A stretch of 64,000 nucleotides of DNA from Marsupella aquatica (GCA_973895155.1 OZ316891.1:10665875-10729874); one strand, 5' to 3'. Numbered from the stretch's first letter, positions 49,101 to 63,097 are shown. The notes: generated by a model from the letters alone, not told the origin. Numbers and translations are program-made.

Positions 49101-52100
49101 TCCAAACAGAGTTTTGGAAGTTCCAACCATGATGCTGGACTTATAAGCATGAGCAGAGAGTTGTTTCAGAATGTGGGATCGATGGGCAACGAGCCCTGAC
49201 CATGGTTATCTTAAGCCGTCTGCTCTTTGAGAAGTTTTTAGGCAAGGAATTCAATGTGCAAGTGAGCATTTGTTCAATGTATCCGCAGTATAAGTATCTA
49301 AGACGCAATTTTGTACTTTGTGGTTCAGAATTGTTGTTAGATTAGATGTACATATTAACCGTGGCTCGATTCTTGCGTTCGCAGGGTTATCAAGCCAGAA
49401 ACACCGGAGTTCTTCATCACATCGACTGAAGAATCCTTTCAGGGGAAGTGCATAGTTTCTGGTCACAAATGTGATTTTGATGTCATATACCAGCCTCCAA
49501 CAGTATGGGAGTATGAAGACGTAGTAACAATAAAGACAGAGATGCAGACTCTTCCTCTTAAATTAGCAGCCATCAACCCATATCCTATCGTGGTGCTTCC
49601 TAAATATGTAGACATGGGCCTCTGCCTATCTGGACACACTATATGTTATCATTACACCTTGACCAGCAAGGGAGCTGGAGCCGAATTCCGCTTTGAGGAG
49701 TACGAAACTCCTAATGATTATCACACACCCATTGCAGATCCTCGGTACGATGACCTCAAATGGTCATACATTGACACTAATATCCTATATGTAGCCCCCT
49801 TCTTAATCTATCCAAGGACTTTTAAGACACAGGCCAATTCAGAACAGGAATTTATAGTTCTATTCCGGCCTCCAAGAGTGGGAGTTTACCACTATATTGT
49901 TCAACTTTTGACTAGTACTAATCTGCACTGGGAAATCAAGTTCAAGGCTACAGCAGTGGACCTCAAACTCAACTTGCAGAAGATGGAGGGAAAGGATTTT
50001 CTTCAAGGACAGGCTGAATTGGGCGTGAGCTTTGGTGTTGTCACTGTATCTCACAATAGGGTCAAAGAGGTGACAGTGAGGAGCCAGACTCCGATTCCCT
50101 TGAAATTCTTCTGGCGTATCCAAGACAAGCACTATTGTTTAGATCAGGAGGACGACCCTGAGTGTGCTTGGAAAACCACAGAGAAGAACAGAGAACGGAC
50201 AATTTATAACCTAAGGGATTTTGTTCCAGAACCCGAAAATGGATTCTTTGCTGCAGAAAGTGAAACTGCAATAAATTTCAGATTTACTCCATCGGATGTG
50301 GCCAACTATAGGCAGGTTGCCTGCCTATATGTTGATACTCGGAGGGATTTTCCACTGAGCTCAGATTTGTGGAAGAACTTTAGGGAAACACTAATCTGGG
50401 TGGAATATAAGAAGGCCAACTGGCTTGCCGATCAGATATGGGGTGAGAGAGTCCTTTGGGGAATAGACAGGAGTGCATTTGAATGCAGCGACCAGAAACT
50501 CGCACAAACTAATCTCAAAGAAATTGTATCTAATGTTGATAAGATCTTTCACGCGTCCGAAATTGAAAACTCAGGAACCATATTCAGGATTGCTGAAATA
50601 GATTTAGCTGGAGAAGGGACGCAGTTTGACGTCGAATTCCGCCCAAACTTGTACCAATTCTCTGGAATTCTGACACTTGGAGAGACACATATCGGCCATT
50701 TTGACATTGTAAACAACAGCCCCACTGGTGTTATCTTCGCCTGGGACTGTCCGAAAACTGATTATGGAATTGTAAAAAACGGAGCATATGTGTTCCCTCA
50801 AACCGGAAAAATTGGAGCAACAAGCACGCAGCAAATTCAAATCACCATGAAGGCAAGAAAAGTCGGAAGAATTGATTTGGAGCTACATTGTTTGATAGAA
50901 AGCCCTTACCACAAGGGGAAACTACCACTTTCTCTGAAGGTCGAAGGGCACGTTGTTGGACCATCCGTAATTTTATCTCCCTGTGTAATCGATTTCGGTT
51001 TGTGCCAGGTTCGCATTCTATCTGTCCATCCTACTTGTTTGACTTGTGTTGCACCTTAGTTTGATCGGAAAGAAAGAATGCAAGTATCGGCTAACTGTTG
51101 CAATACCTGCGATTACATTATAATAATGACGGGGAAATGTATACACATTATAGAGTGTAACATTTAGCCTCCACAGATTGTCACTGAGTGTCACCGACCA
51201 CTACTAATCTGGCTGTTATTCTAATTTGTTGTCACCCATCAAGAGAAACCACCAACCTCGGAGGCTGGCTAGGTACTAATCAGACTCGAACACATGAAGT
51301 CATATTCTCAAAGGAGCCCTGTTTTCTTATGCTTCCGTGTTGGAAAACTTGCACCTTCACTATGTTTGCATGTTCCTATATTTCTCCTTTTGCATGGATA
51401 TTTTTTTAAAGAATCATGAACAATTGATAGAAACTAATTTTTAATGTCATTTGAAAAGAATCCAACTTCTCGGTACTGAGATACGTGACAGGCCACCGAA
51501 ACCGGACTGTTTAAGATGATAGTTGATTAGAAAATCCAACTAAGACAGTTATTCTGTGTTTTCTCTCTTGGCAGATAGACTCTACTTACTCATTGATGAT
51601 CACTTTGACAAACAAGAGCGAGTATTCAGATGCTCCATTCAAATTGTTCTCAACCCGCGATTCACAGATACCATTCTCTTCGCCTTTTGTTGAAGCCTCG
51701 CAAATGAATCCTAGTTCTGTCAACACAAAGGTTCCGGTTGGAAGTCATCTCTTTGATGACGAGCTACTGCAGAAACCAGTATTGCCTAATCCTCCGCAGC
51801 CGCCTTTAGTGACAATTTTGCCTGGAACTTCTCAGAACATCCCTGAGTCCCAAGGTTTGCTCGCTGATAACTCAAAACAACAGCCTCCTACAGCAACCAT
51901 TTCTGAAGCTTTCCTACCAACAACGACAACTTCAACTCTTCTTACTAATACCAAGCCATCAACTTTCAGTGCCAAAGCAGAAACAGACCCTTCACTTTCC
52001 AGGCCTAAACAAGAACAAGAACCATCAAACTCCGCTTCCAAAAAGGAGACAAGGCCTGGCACTTCCTCGAAGAAGGAAGATGAAAGCTCCTCAATATCAA

Positions 52101-55100
52101 AGCCACACAAAAGTACTTCAAAGACAGACAAAAAGTCCCCAAAATCCACTTCTGAAATTGGATTACCGGCCTCTCCGGGAGAGCCAGACGGCCCTGAATT
52201 TTTAGCACACTCACCTGAAGACCCACATGCTTCGTGCGGACCTGATCATGAAACCCCAATACCTAACCCTTCCCGAAATCCTTTAGACAGAGAGACCTTG
52301 CCAGACTTTATTCCGGCACCTCAGGAAAGAGCTAAGATATCTAGAGCGTATGGAGAAATCTTTCAAGTTTTTAATGATGGAATTACTGAAGCGAAGCTTC
52401 CTCCCACAACACTATTTCGGCCAAGAAATGCACCTCTACCAGCCTTGCAACCATTGAAGCCATTGCCACAGCCTCTAGCAACCGGAATCATGAAAGGAAT
52501 CTCAGATCTAATTGATAAGAAGATCATGCCCAGTATGGAACATTTTAGTCAGGCTGAACCCCCAGACAGGACATTAAAAGACAGGGCAGAACCTTTACCT
52601 GGCAAAGAAAATCTGAAGGACCCTGCACTGCCTGACCCTGACTCACTTTGCAGACATTCCTCATTTGTCGATACCACAATCTCACACTTGAAAGGACTCT
52701 CTAACATGGTTGAGCCTAAAGACCTGTCTAAAGAGATATCTGAAATTGCTAAAGAGGTAAAGAAGCCATTTTTGGAGAAAATGGGGAACTTAGGCTCATT
52801 ACCAAAAGATTATGGGCCCTTGGGACCTCCAATTTACAGAACCCCAAATCATGTTCCAGTATACGAAGAAGATCTACGGCAAACGCTTATCTTTGAGCCA
52901 GATGAGGGCATTATACCAAAAGGCAACAAGTCTGTAGCTATTAAGGTTACTCTCACAGGGACAATCTGTGGATTCATGCGTCTTGCCATCGTTTGTGAAA
53001 TATCGAAAGGATTGTCACCCACACAGTATGCAATTGCTCGTGCCAACATTGATGCTCCGGAGGCTTGTCTGATTCCCTGTTTCATAGACTTAAGGACCAA
53101 GTTTATAAACATCCCTATCACCATTAACGTGGTCATAAGAAATTTGAAGGCACTGCCGGCGTGCTTCAACTGGAACTACGGAGACAGGATTGGACAAGTG
53201 CGAGACCTTGATGTTGAAGTGATCAAACAACGGGGAGAAATTCCACCAAGGCAGGAGTGGGGTTTGACAGTCAACCTGATTCCTCGTAAGCTTGGACCTC
53301 TTGATACCATACTCATATGCAAGGTGTTTAAGATGATAAATCCCTTAGGATTAAAGCTTAAGGCTATTATTGTTGATGCTCGTATCAGCTACCATGTCTT
53401 CCGCCCCGATAGAGAGGATGGTCATCAAAAAGCTGGTCGGAAAGTTGCTCATGAGAGAATTTTATTGCGCCGGCAACAACAAGCCTTGGGAAACCCGGTT
53501 GAGGAGGAAGACCCTGACAATTGGGTTGATCCCCCAGTTCCATGTCTCGATTTTGGTCGAAGGAAAACCCTTGGAAGGGCTCACTGTCTGAAGTTGTTGC
53601 TGCGAAACCATTCTCCTATTGAGGTCAAGGTGCAACTCACTGTTGGCAGATATACAACGGAGCCCCTTGCCTCCCTTGTAAGAGACGAGGCTTGGGTCAT
53701 CTCATCCTTGACAGAAAGGCTCTCGTACTTGATCCCAAATAGAAGAGATCCATTTCAATCAGCCTTCAAACACAATGAAAGGGATAAAAGCAGTGAGTTT
53801 CATCTTAACTCACCTGCCCTCACAGATCTATCTGATATTCACCTGAAATACTTCAATCAACCGGGAAAACAGAAAATTTGGCGAAGAGCTGAGGGTGCAA
53901 TGCATGAAGCTCTTATCAAAGAACATATGCCGTTGGCATTCCTTTGTTATCCATCATACACAGGTGTCATAAAACCTTGGAGTGATTGGTCGGTTGAAGT
54001 GGTTTGTTTCAGCAATCTGCCTGGGAACTATGTGGACGTTCTGACGTCTAAGGTGAGTTACTGTTCTCGTTGTCAATGCCAATCATAGAAGTAGTAGCTT
54101 TGTCTGAGAGATTTTGAAAAGGCGAAACAAAACTCGAAAGAACATTCTCAAAGTGAAATGTCCAGTACGTGGGAAGTTGCTGTCACGTTCCCAGGGCCTA
54201 TCAGAATCTTCCTAGATTTAGAGTACTTTCTTTCAGTACAATTAAATGCTGTCAAGTACCTCCGGACATATTCATGATCTCCTCGAAAAGATAGCTTCAA
54301 CGTTCCTCTAGTAGAGCTACCAAGTATCTTCAGCTAATTGGAACGTCTTTTTGTCAGCAACAGCTGCAGTCTCTTCATCTGTTGTGCATACTTGAAGTGC
54401 ACTTCAAATATGGTCACTAATTAATTTTGCAGGTTGGAAGACTGGATCCAGTAGATCTGCCATTGGAAGTGGAAATAATTGGCACACCACTGGTTGCAAG
54501 AAGGAACTGGCTAGAACCCACAGGTTTACAGCAGCCAGATGATGAGGGAGAAATCACCCTTGTGTGGCAACCTCTTCATGCAGGCCATCATCCTATCACA
54601 AGACAGTTCTGGGTCCGGAACAATTCTCCTTTCCACATGGAACTTAAGTGGGAGTTCAAGAAGCAGGCCACTATTGAAGGAGGAAAATTTGTCACCATGA
54701 ACTTTATAATTGAAGAGGACAAATTGACGCACGCAATAGTCACTCCGCGACCTGAGTGGTATGGACAGGAACTTACCACACAAGTCACTGTCAAGGAGCA
54801 TATTGGTATTGTATATGACCAGCAGGTGCATTGTGTCTTCAGAGATTATTTGGAGACAATAGGACCGGAATCTCCTGATGTCCCTTTCATATTGCATCCT
54901 GAGAAGCAGGTCCACCTCCTGGCCTTATTTCGTCTCAAGGCTATCTTTAGCTATACTGATAACTTGAAATAATCTTTGCAGTTCTGCAACTGCGAATGAG
55001 TATCATGTATCACCAAGAGTAATTTCGGTAGTTTGCTATGTAAATCGCAATGAAGTGGGAAACGTGTCAAATAGACCAACAGAGCAAATTGAAGCTGTTA

Positions 55101-58100
55101 AAGTGCATGGAAGCTAACTTTTCTGTCGTGGGCAGGTAATCCTCGGACACAGTAGCTACCCATTTGAGGTGCAATTCTTTCCAAGATGCGCCGAATCATA
55201 TTCATTCGTATTGACAGGCTATCACAGAATCTACGATGGAAATTACAGTGAACGACGGCGTTCAACACAATTTGTTTTTGATAGTACATTTGATCGAAAG
55301 GATGATCAGTATGTGTACCGCAGACCAGAGAAGAAGCATGTGTGTGAACACGTGGTCTCATTTTTCTCGAAAAAACAAGACAGCTTTGTTCATACTCTTG
55401 CTCATAAGACTAGTATTCTGGATCCAGCAGATCCAGAAGTGCTTGCTCTTCAATTGACAGAAGATGGAAACAAACCCAAAAGACTGTCCAGGTTCCATTG
55501 CTCAGAGGCCTCCAACTCCAGCTCCAGCTCTGATGACGAGAAGTCCAAGTTTAAAACAGTAAAATCAAAAAGTGGAGTTAAGATTTTCATAAATGACAAA
55601 GATGACACATCCTCTGATCTAGAGGACACTGGACCCGTTGAGGGCAGGGCTTCGAAAACAATATTATTTGCTCCCAACACCGATCTTGGTAAGACATAAT
55701 GTTGGGAATCCATCATGACATTCCCTGGGCGATAAGATATATCTGCATTACAAGTCTAACATAGGCACTCAAGTCAATAGATCACTGGTATAAGAGGCGA
55801 TGAGAATTATTTTAAAGTAGGATAACTAATAAATTACATTTAGCTACGTGATTATCAAACTTACTTGGAAATGATTATTGCTATGGTTTAGATATGATGA
55901 TAATATGTAAACTTTTAGTTTAGTCGGATTGTCTGAAGCATGATTTCGAATATTTCTCGCAGTCAGAAGTAGGGTAAAAGTAATTTAAATTGTTTATGAC
56001 TGTCATGAGACCTACTCCATGTCCAAACGGAGCTTTGGAAGGTAACCAAGAACTTTGGATTTCAGGTGGTGATCAACAGAAGACAAGAAAAAGAGCTTAC
56101 TCCAAAGTGCATGACATAGCTTACCAATCAGAATCAGAAGATGAGGAACCAAAGTACCAGTTTGACATCAGACGGAAGTCCTCCAGGCAGAGAAGGATAT
56201 CTGTGGGACCTGAGGTGAACTTTGATGAGCACTCGGATGACAGTAAAGGTGACATATATGGTCCCCAAGAAAATGACTGGACTGATGTACCAGATGACCA
56301 GATTGACTTAGCTGAAACATTTGCAACAGATCATTGCAAAGATTTCTACAATTTTGAGGCCATTCGACCTCTACGTGTGTCATTGGAGGCCGTTACCATA
56401 GCCCCTAGGTGGGTTTGTTGACCATTTTCTCTATTCTAGCCCACAGCCAATCATGCCATATCTCTCCACAAAACGGTGATCTCGGAAGATGGCCGGTCTA
56501 GGATCTATAACTTTTGTCAGAGTAACTTGATGTGTCAAACTTGAAGTTGGAAAGGGACGTCCACGGGAGAGATGTTCAAGGTTCTAAGATTGAGTGGGAT
56601 TTTGCTCTAAGCTTGTTCTAAGGTCGGCAATACGAACAATGTCACAGAATGACAGATCTATATCCATGGAAGAAACCAGCTTCATAAGCTTCAAATCCGG
56701 ACACTTCCAAAAATTCATCCTTTCTGAAAACTTACGCAGGGTGTGGTCAACTAAAAATATATTCAAATATTGGGCTAGGCTTACAGCTTTTTGTTGAGCT
56801 TTTGCGTCACTAATGAACCTTGTCTCGAACTTGATCTTGCATCATTGGAAGGCTTGCAATTGTGAGCTAGATTGACCGCATTGCTGATGTCATTGAAAAA
56901 GGTAGGCGCACATCTTCAGAGCAATCTTATATATGTCCTCTGACCTCCAAATATTTTCACATATGCAGATTAAAGACACATCTTGATGACTCACTTATGG
57001 AGCGATTATGCTTCCAGTGCTTTGGAAATGAACATCCTGAAAGTAGACTTGACATTCAGAGTCTTTACCTCACGAATATCTACGCCCACACTATTGTTTT
57101 CAACACCTTTATTCAAGAACCATTTGAGCTCTTGACCATTCGGCGTGGTGTACTTCAGCCTAAAGAGCTAGGTGACCAATGCCAGCGAATGTCCCTCTTT
57201 CACAGCCAATTAACCCACTTCGAACTAGAAGCTGGTCATACTCTGCAATTCAACATATCATTCCGGCCAGTTGTGGATGAATGTCTGCTCGATCCCCCTG
57301 ATGTCGTCATTGACGGCAACTTCCTCATCGATTTCATTGATTGCTTACATGAACAGGTGAGAGCTTGCTCCAACTAGACAGAACCTTCGGGCTATGCTTT
57401 TCATGTTCATCTACCGCGTCACTTCTCTGATTATAGAAAAGGATTGGTCTGGTTGTCAAGAGTGTATGTCTGATCAATCCTCTTGGACAACTTTCGTCTA
57501 GGGTGTTCCATCTGACGTTTCTGAGCCTCATAGAAAAACAGGAATTCGTTTCATGTGGTAGAGGCTTTAACAGTCTACCGAAAAAGACCTTGTTGCAAAA
57601 ACATGTGCATAAGCATCTAATTAATGGTATCTCTCGGGAATTGTGGTCAGACCGTTCCTCTCCATGCCGATGTCTTCTTTCCAGAGTTAAGACTGGTGAC
57701 AGACACCCTGAACCTTGGGGACGTGGTGACTGCCACTTCCACACAAGCTACCGACTTCAGCTTATCAAATCCAAGCCGTCCAGATGCAGAATGGCGAATC
57801 GTAACAGATGAAACTCACCAGCAAACAATTTCCCTGGCTGCCAATGGTACACCACGAAAATGGGTAAGTTGTAATTGTATCCTACCCTCTACCATGCTCA
57901 AGAGAAGTTGCCATGATAAATCCCAGTCTCTGGATGATTTATTGATTCAGGATTAAACGTAGTCAATGCTTCAATACTAAAAAAAATGTTTTTACCTGGT
58001 GGCAGGATGATTCGAAAGGACTTGACAAGATCTGGCCTGTGATATGGTCGGCAAAACCTGAACGAGGAGTTGTACGCGGGCGCAGGGAGAACGAACTCGG

Positions 58101-58377
58101 AGTGACAAATGAAATTCAGTACTTTAGGAACAAGTCTGCTGTAACCGTCTCATTCGCGCCGTTTGACAAGGGGGATTACGAATTAGTTATCTGGGTGGAG
58201 GTCCGTCTCGGTCGAGGAGTTAGATTGACGTTGAAAGGTACAGGTATCGATGAGCCTCCAGATTTGCTTCCATCAACGCCTCCTCCAGGAGGGGACAAGA
58301 AAGGGAAAGACACAAAGAAAGGAAAAGGAGAGAAGAAAGTTAAAGATCAACAGAAGGGGAAAAATCCAAAGAAATGA
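46115..58377 (+). CDS. DLEC1: DLEC1/CFAP81-like central-pair protein with multiple ASH/Ig-like domains and a repetitive N-terminal extension
   Basis: Exons at about 46115-47455, 47733-47987, 48288-48323, 48451-48538, 48840-48906, 49385-51008, 51575-54052, 54433-54909, 55136-55688, 56066-56408, 56969-57356, 57651-57863, 58006-58377. The first six splice in frame to KNPRY...FDGFEPGNTYIQHLRIYNVSPWTQRIRVIKPETPEF...CDFDVIYQP...YEDVVTIKTE..LPLKLAAINPYPIVVLPKYVDMGLCL, paralleling the recalled DLEC1 pattern. Later ASH-like modules include IDFGLC, LDFG, FSNLPGNYVDVL and GRGVRLTLKGTG. Confidence 0.85.
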
Positions 58378-58949
58378 AAGTTGGAAAGACTCGCAATAGT
58401 TAATAAACTTCAGCTCGGAATGTGCTTTACACTGATTGCCTTCAAAGAATCTCGTTTGAGGTGAGCAAATGCCTTTCAATCAAGATTAAGAACGTGAATA
58501 TCTCAGATGAAAAAGGGATTCGCAACCGCCATTACACACAAAATATCCCATCTTCACATGGAGAACAACCTTAGCCATGACCAACATCCACGATGGTATA
58601 TTAGAAATTGAATCGATGATGGGTATATGTTTCAAAGAATCTTTAAAAAAATGAACAATATCCCACTCAGGGGCCCAGCAACATTCTCTTGTTTATGCTG
58701 TGGTCCGCCATAGATCAAAATGGTTGGAGCATCTGCACATCAGAGACTTGGCCAGGCAACTATGTCTCATCAGCTCTCACTGAGACCTCTGAAGGTCATC
58801 TTTTTACTGCTTTAAATGGATGGAAAATAACAATCAGCCATTGGGACATGGCAAGCAGTAGGATCTAGCCTTCACCTAACCCATCTGTATCCAAAAGTTA
58901 AAAACCATCTTTAGTCACGAAGGTGCTCAGATCTGCTGCGGAAGTGGGT

Positions 58950-59769
58950 CTACCATCCTCTTATACTCAACGCAGTAACAACTCTACCTAAAGTGTTATC
59001 AACACCAGCATTCCAAGCATGAATCAGCTGCTCTTGAGCTTTCCGTCCAAATATGGGTTCCGGTACCTGTTTCAGCCAACAATCACATTCAGAGCCAATC
59101 AAAGTGAGCTCAAATTGGATTGTAATAGGAATGGTGTGGCCATCTTCTAAACTTGGAGGTCCAACGAAACTTAACCCACTGACATTATCCTCGCTAATGT
59201 CATATTGAACTCAGCCTGCTCGTTTCAGTTATCGGCTGACTTCACATCCATGTTCTTGACCGAGCTTGACAACTGAACAAAACTTTTCTATGAAACTTCG
59301 GTCAACTTGGTGACAGTTTGTCGAATTCATTCAAGTTCACTTCTCCCATCTAAGCATTTTCAAGCGGTGGTTTAGGATTGATATTCCCCTGTTAGAAAAA
59401 CTAGAGAGTGAAGCCGCTCGTGCACAACAGAACCTTCCCCACCGCGTGAGTCTCCGAATCAACAAGGAACCTATTCATTCGGTCAGAAACACAATGCCGA
59501 CGACTCGTATTCATCACTACTTCAGCCTTCCGTTTTCATTTGTTTGGGTTCTCTTATGCACCCGAGGCCGTCGTCTTGACTGGGAGACAGAGAGAAAACC
59601 GTAGTTGCGCGGACAAGAAACTTACATAGAGTTGAGCCGGCGGCAATTTACCGCCCGAATACACATCGGCAAGAGCACCAGTCGATCGCCACAGGTGTTT
59701 CTGTTCGAAAATGAAAGCAGCAAGCCCGCCCGCAAGTCCCAGAGTGAGCCCCAAAATCCTTTCCTGCAT
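58950..59769 (-). CDS. Small (86 aa) single-pass membrane protein of an uncharacterised plant family; possibly mitochondrial MICOS Mic13/Mic12-like
   Basis: Exon 1 is 59769-59626 (MQERILGLTLGLAGGLAAFIFEQKHLWRS...QLY, donor GTAAG). Exon 2 is 59066-58950 (VPEPIFGRKAQEQLIHAWNAGVDNTLGRVVTALSIRGW*). The phase-0 GT-AG intron joins them in frame. Confidence 0.8.
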
Positions 59770-60880
59770 CCATCACCCGAGAAGGCATTGAGTGGGAAAC
59801 CCTAGAGGCCAATTCATTCATTCATCAGACCATGAAACCGAACCAATCGAAACAATCGTTCAGGCATTTTTGAGAGAGAGGAACTCCGACTCTAGTTCAT
59901 TGAATAAATGGTGCTCTCGTTCTTGGGAAGAACGGGAAGAACGGATCTTCAACCTTGAAACAATGTACAATTCACTCGTCAATCAATCAACCAACCAACC
60001 AACACACACCTGCATGAGAATTCCTGCCATCGCTATTTCGCTTCTTCTAGTCGGACCCCTTCTCGTGAGCTGTGGCAGCCTCGGGAATTGCAGTCTTCCA
60101 CATCAGAATTACTCCTCTATGGCGGTCATCTCTGGAGCCACGATCCATTATAGTCTTGGCAACGAAAATACTCAACTTAACCAACCTTCCCCAAATGGCA
60201 TTAGAAATAATTTAGGATTCAACATTTAATTTATGTAGGGCTTATCAATCTCAAACCAGGTCATTCCCTGAGGTTTCATGTGACCAAATGTTGTGGGTTG
60301 GGTCATGGATCAAAAACATGTGTTTCCCGGGAAAGGTGACTGTCAGTAACTCAGGTGGTCGGCGCACCCCGGTTCACATCCAAAGTTGTTTCGTGCAATA
60401 TGCATCGGTGCCCTTCGACAATTGTTGACTACCATTCTAAAATTGTCGGCACCCAGCTGACCTGCAGGACCCATCTTAAACCTGAAACATGTGGATTAAG
60501 TTGGCCAAAAAATTGGATTATGATCTCTACCGCGGACACAGATTTCTTAGAACTGCTGACCGGAAAAAAATGGGGGAGATCAAGTCTGAGACGCCCTACT
60601 AGATTGCTTATGGTTTTTGTATTTGGTTACTTAGTGAGCTTGTAGTCCACATATGGAACACTTACATATTTGCAAATACAAAGAAACATTCATGGTTTTG
60701 TCAATTGGAACATCTTTACTAGCAAAGTAGTTAAAAGCTGTTTTAAAATTAAAGTGTTAATATATATATATATAATCAAAATAATTCTCTTTAAGATTCC
60801 CAAAGGTGTAAACCCGTCCCCCATGGGTACTCGTGCCAGTATTAACTTGTATGAAAGGTTCCTGTTGCCATGTGGGAAGT

Positions 60881-61113
60881 CAGTATTGGCTAGCCTTAAC
60901 CTGCCGCCAACCCCCTCGGCAACCCTTCCCCCTCCCCGCTGTATTTTCTTGAGTAAAAATGAGGGCCAAAAGTGTCAAGTTTTTGTGAGGGGAGTGTGGA
61001 GCAAAAAATGATGTATTTTTCTCCCCTCCCCCAGACCTGCAACTGTGCCCTGCAAGTAGGAAGGGTTTGGGGGGGCTGAGGGGGTGGCGGCGGGTTCAGG
61101 CTAGCCAATACTG
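60881..61113. mobile_element. MITE-like element, 233 bp, with ~45-bp terminal inverted repeats
   Basis: CAGTATTGGCTAGCCTTAACCTGCCGCCAACCCCCTCGGC pairs with GCTGAGGGGGTGGCGGCGGGTTCAGGCTAGCCAATACTG. The CAG terminus is hAT-like. No TSD seen. Confidence 0.75.
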
Positions 61114-62830
61114 CAACATTGTCTAAGGCAAATTGACATAAAAATACATATATCCAAAATCTCAATACTTAGACAAATTAATAACCTGAGTAGCCTCACA
61201 AGCAAGGTCCCTACCAAAGTAACACCACAATATCAATACAATAAGTGATTTGAAAGTATCTTCCATTGTAGAAGAACTGCTTTTTACTAAGTTGCCCAAA
61301 ACTGCACAACCTGCTTAAGTTGCTGTGAAGTACTCCCATGGATTTCTTGCAAGGGGCCGGTAAAGTAATCTAATTAATTTAGGGGACAACTTAGTAACTA
61401 AGTTTGTTAGATGTTGGGTGTGATATTATTAAAAATGGTGTGCAAGAAATAGTTTTTGCTCACCTATCCCCAAACTGGCTGAGATTACTAGCCTACCCCA
61501 AAACTAATTTAATGTCAGGTTGCCCTCCATTTTGTCTATGGGTGGGTTGAATTGACTATAGCAAGTTGGGATGACACAGGATTTATTTGTGGTCACATAT
61601 GTGGAGACTGGTAATTTGCTTGTGCTAATCCATGTAATCATACCTTCATCCTGGGCCACATCCCCCCATTTGACACTCACCAGAATGCAAACGTAGAATA
61701 CTGTCTATGAAAAAAAAAACTTTAGCTGAGATTTGTTGAGAAGTCCTTATAGCCAGATGCAAACATGTGTGCCGCATGAATTAGGACATATCAGCTAGAA
61801 AAAGGTGGCTATCTAGTGGATAATGTAAAAAGCATGGCAAGGTAGTAATTTCTTACAAAAGGTGGCAAAGTAGTAAATCTCAGTTGCTCCAGTTGTAAGC
61901 AGCCTTCCCCAAATCGTATTCAAAAGGTTTTAGGACTATTGGATCGCAATAATCAGCAAAACTATTTTGTTCAACATAACTAAGTGTGTGAGAATCCCCC
62001 AAAAGAAGTAAATTAGAAGTCAAGAGTGTTTCCTGCTAAAAGATTCTGATATTAAGAAGAATGATTAGTCACTCTTTTTTAGAGTTTGGATGATTTTTTT
62101 ATGAACCGCCTTAAAGCAAGAATGAAACTCTTTTGGGTGACTTGTACACGTGCCTTGTCCCCCACTACTCATGTCCTTACAAAGTGTTGGCCCCACTTTT
62201 ACCCCAAATGTCATTTTCTAGCAGACAACTCTTTACCTTATGAACAACTCTGATCCATTTCAAAAAGTGGCAGGCCTTTCATGTTTCTCTCATAATGACT
62301 TTAGTTAAGGACACGTCAGCCACTCAAAATCATAAACTTAAGAAGGAGTAGTTCCAAGGGGAGGGGTTGACATTATCTTGAGGGTTTATTTCTCACAAAC
62401 CTTTGTGGAGAGAAGGGTAACTATGGGTTTAGGTATGAAATGTTTATTTAGTATAACTTTATAGAAGGTGAAAGATAACATATTCTAACAAAGAATGGGC
62501 AAGAATGATAAGTATAGAAATACTTGAAGTGGGGGTTTAATTATAAAAAAGAAAATTAGGGTATTCAGAGGAGGGCAAGAACTATGTCACTAGTACACCA
62601 TTGAGGACAATGCAACTAGCTTGAGGCAAATTGAAGAAAACAGACAACGAAACATGTGTAGGTAACTTATTCAATCAAAATTATATCCAAGTTGTGATAT
62701 AATACCATATACAAATTTATCAAATATGAAGTAATGGAAATTTGCACACATTCAAGATGCCCTTGCATAAAAGATAACATTGCTTATTGTTGCAGAACTG
62801 ATGTCATTGGCAAAAAACATTTACATGCAA

Positions 62831-63097
62831 TCTTATATATAAAGCGCGAAGGGAAGCTAGAGTTGAGGTTTAAGTTTCTAGAGTGAAGCCTCTAGACACT
62901 AATTCTGGGGCCCCACCATAATATATGTGCATAGAAAGTCCAAGGATGTCATCGTATGTATAATTGTTAAAATGATGGGGGCCAGGCATGATGGTTTTTT
63001 ATCATCTAGGTAACCTTCAAAGTATGAGTATAGTACATATATTTTGTTGACAATTTTATTGTACTCTCCTCTATTCAAGTTCAAATAACGGGGCTAG
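62831..63097 (+). mobile_element. Putative non-autonomous Helitron (~267 bp), same family as the 10.4-11.3 kb fragments
   Basis: 5' end A/TCTTATATATAAAG and 3' end AATAACGGGG CTAG/T with a degenerate upstream hairpin. The 5' body matches 10433-10518. Confidence 0.55.

Noticed and set aside
46115-58377. Alternative identification as HYDIN, CFAP47, CFAP65 or CFAP74
   Set aside because: All share ASH domains, but the NPRY-to-RVIKP-to-DMGLCL order and the C-terminal GRG..L.L.G.G ending fit DLEC1 best. A reciprocal BLASTP would settle it.
60236-60598. Possible hAT MITE with TAGGGC...GCCCTA ends
   Set aside because: The inverted match is only ~7 bp and there is no 8-bp TSD.
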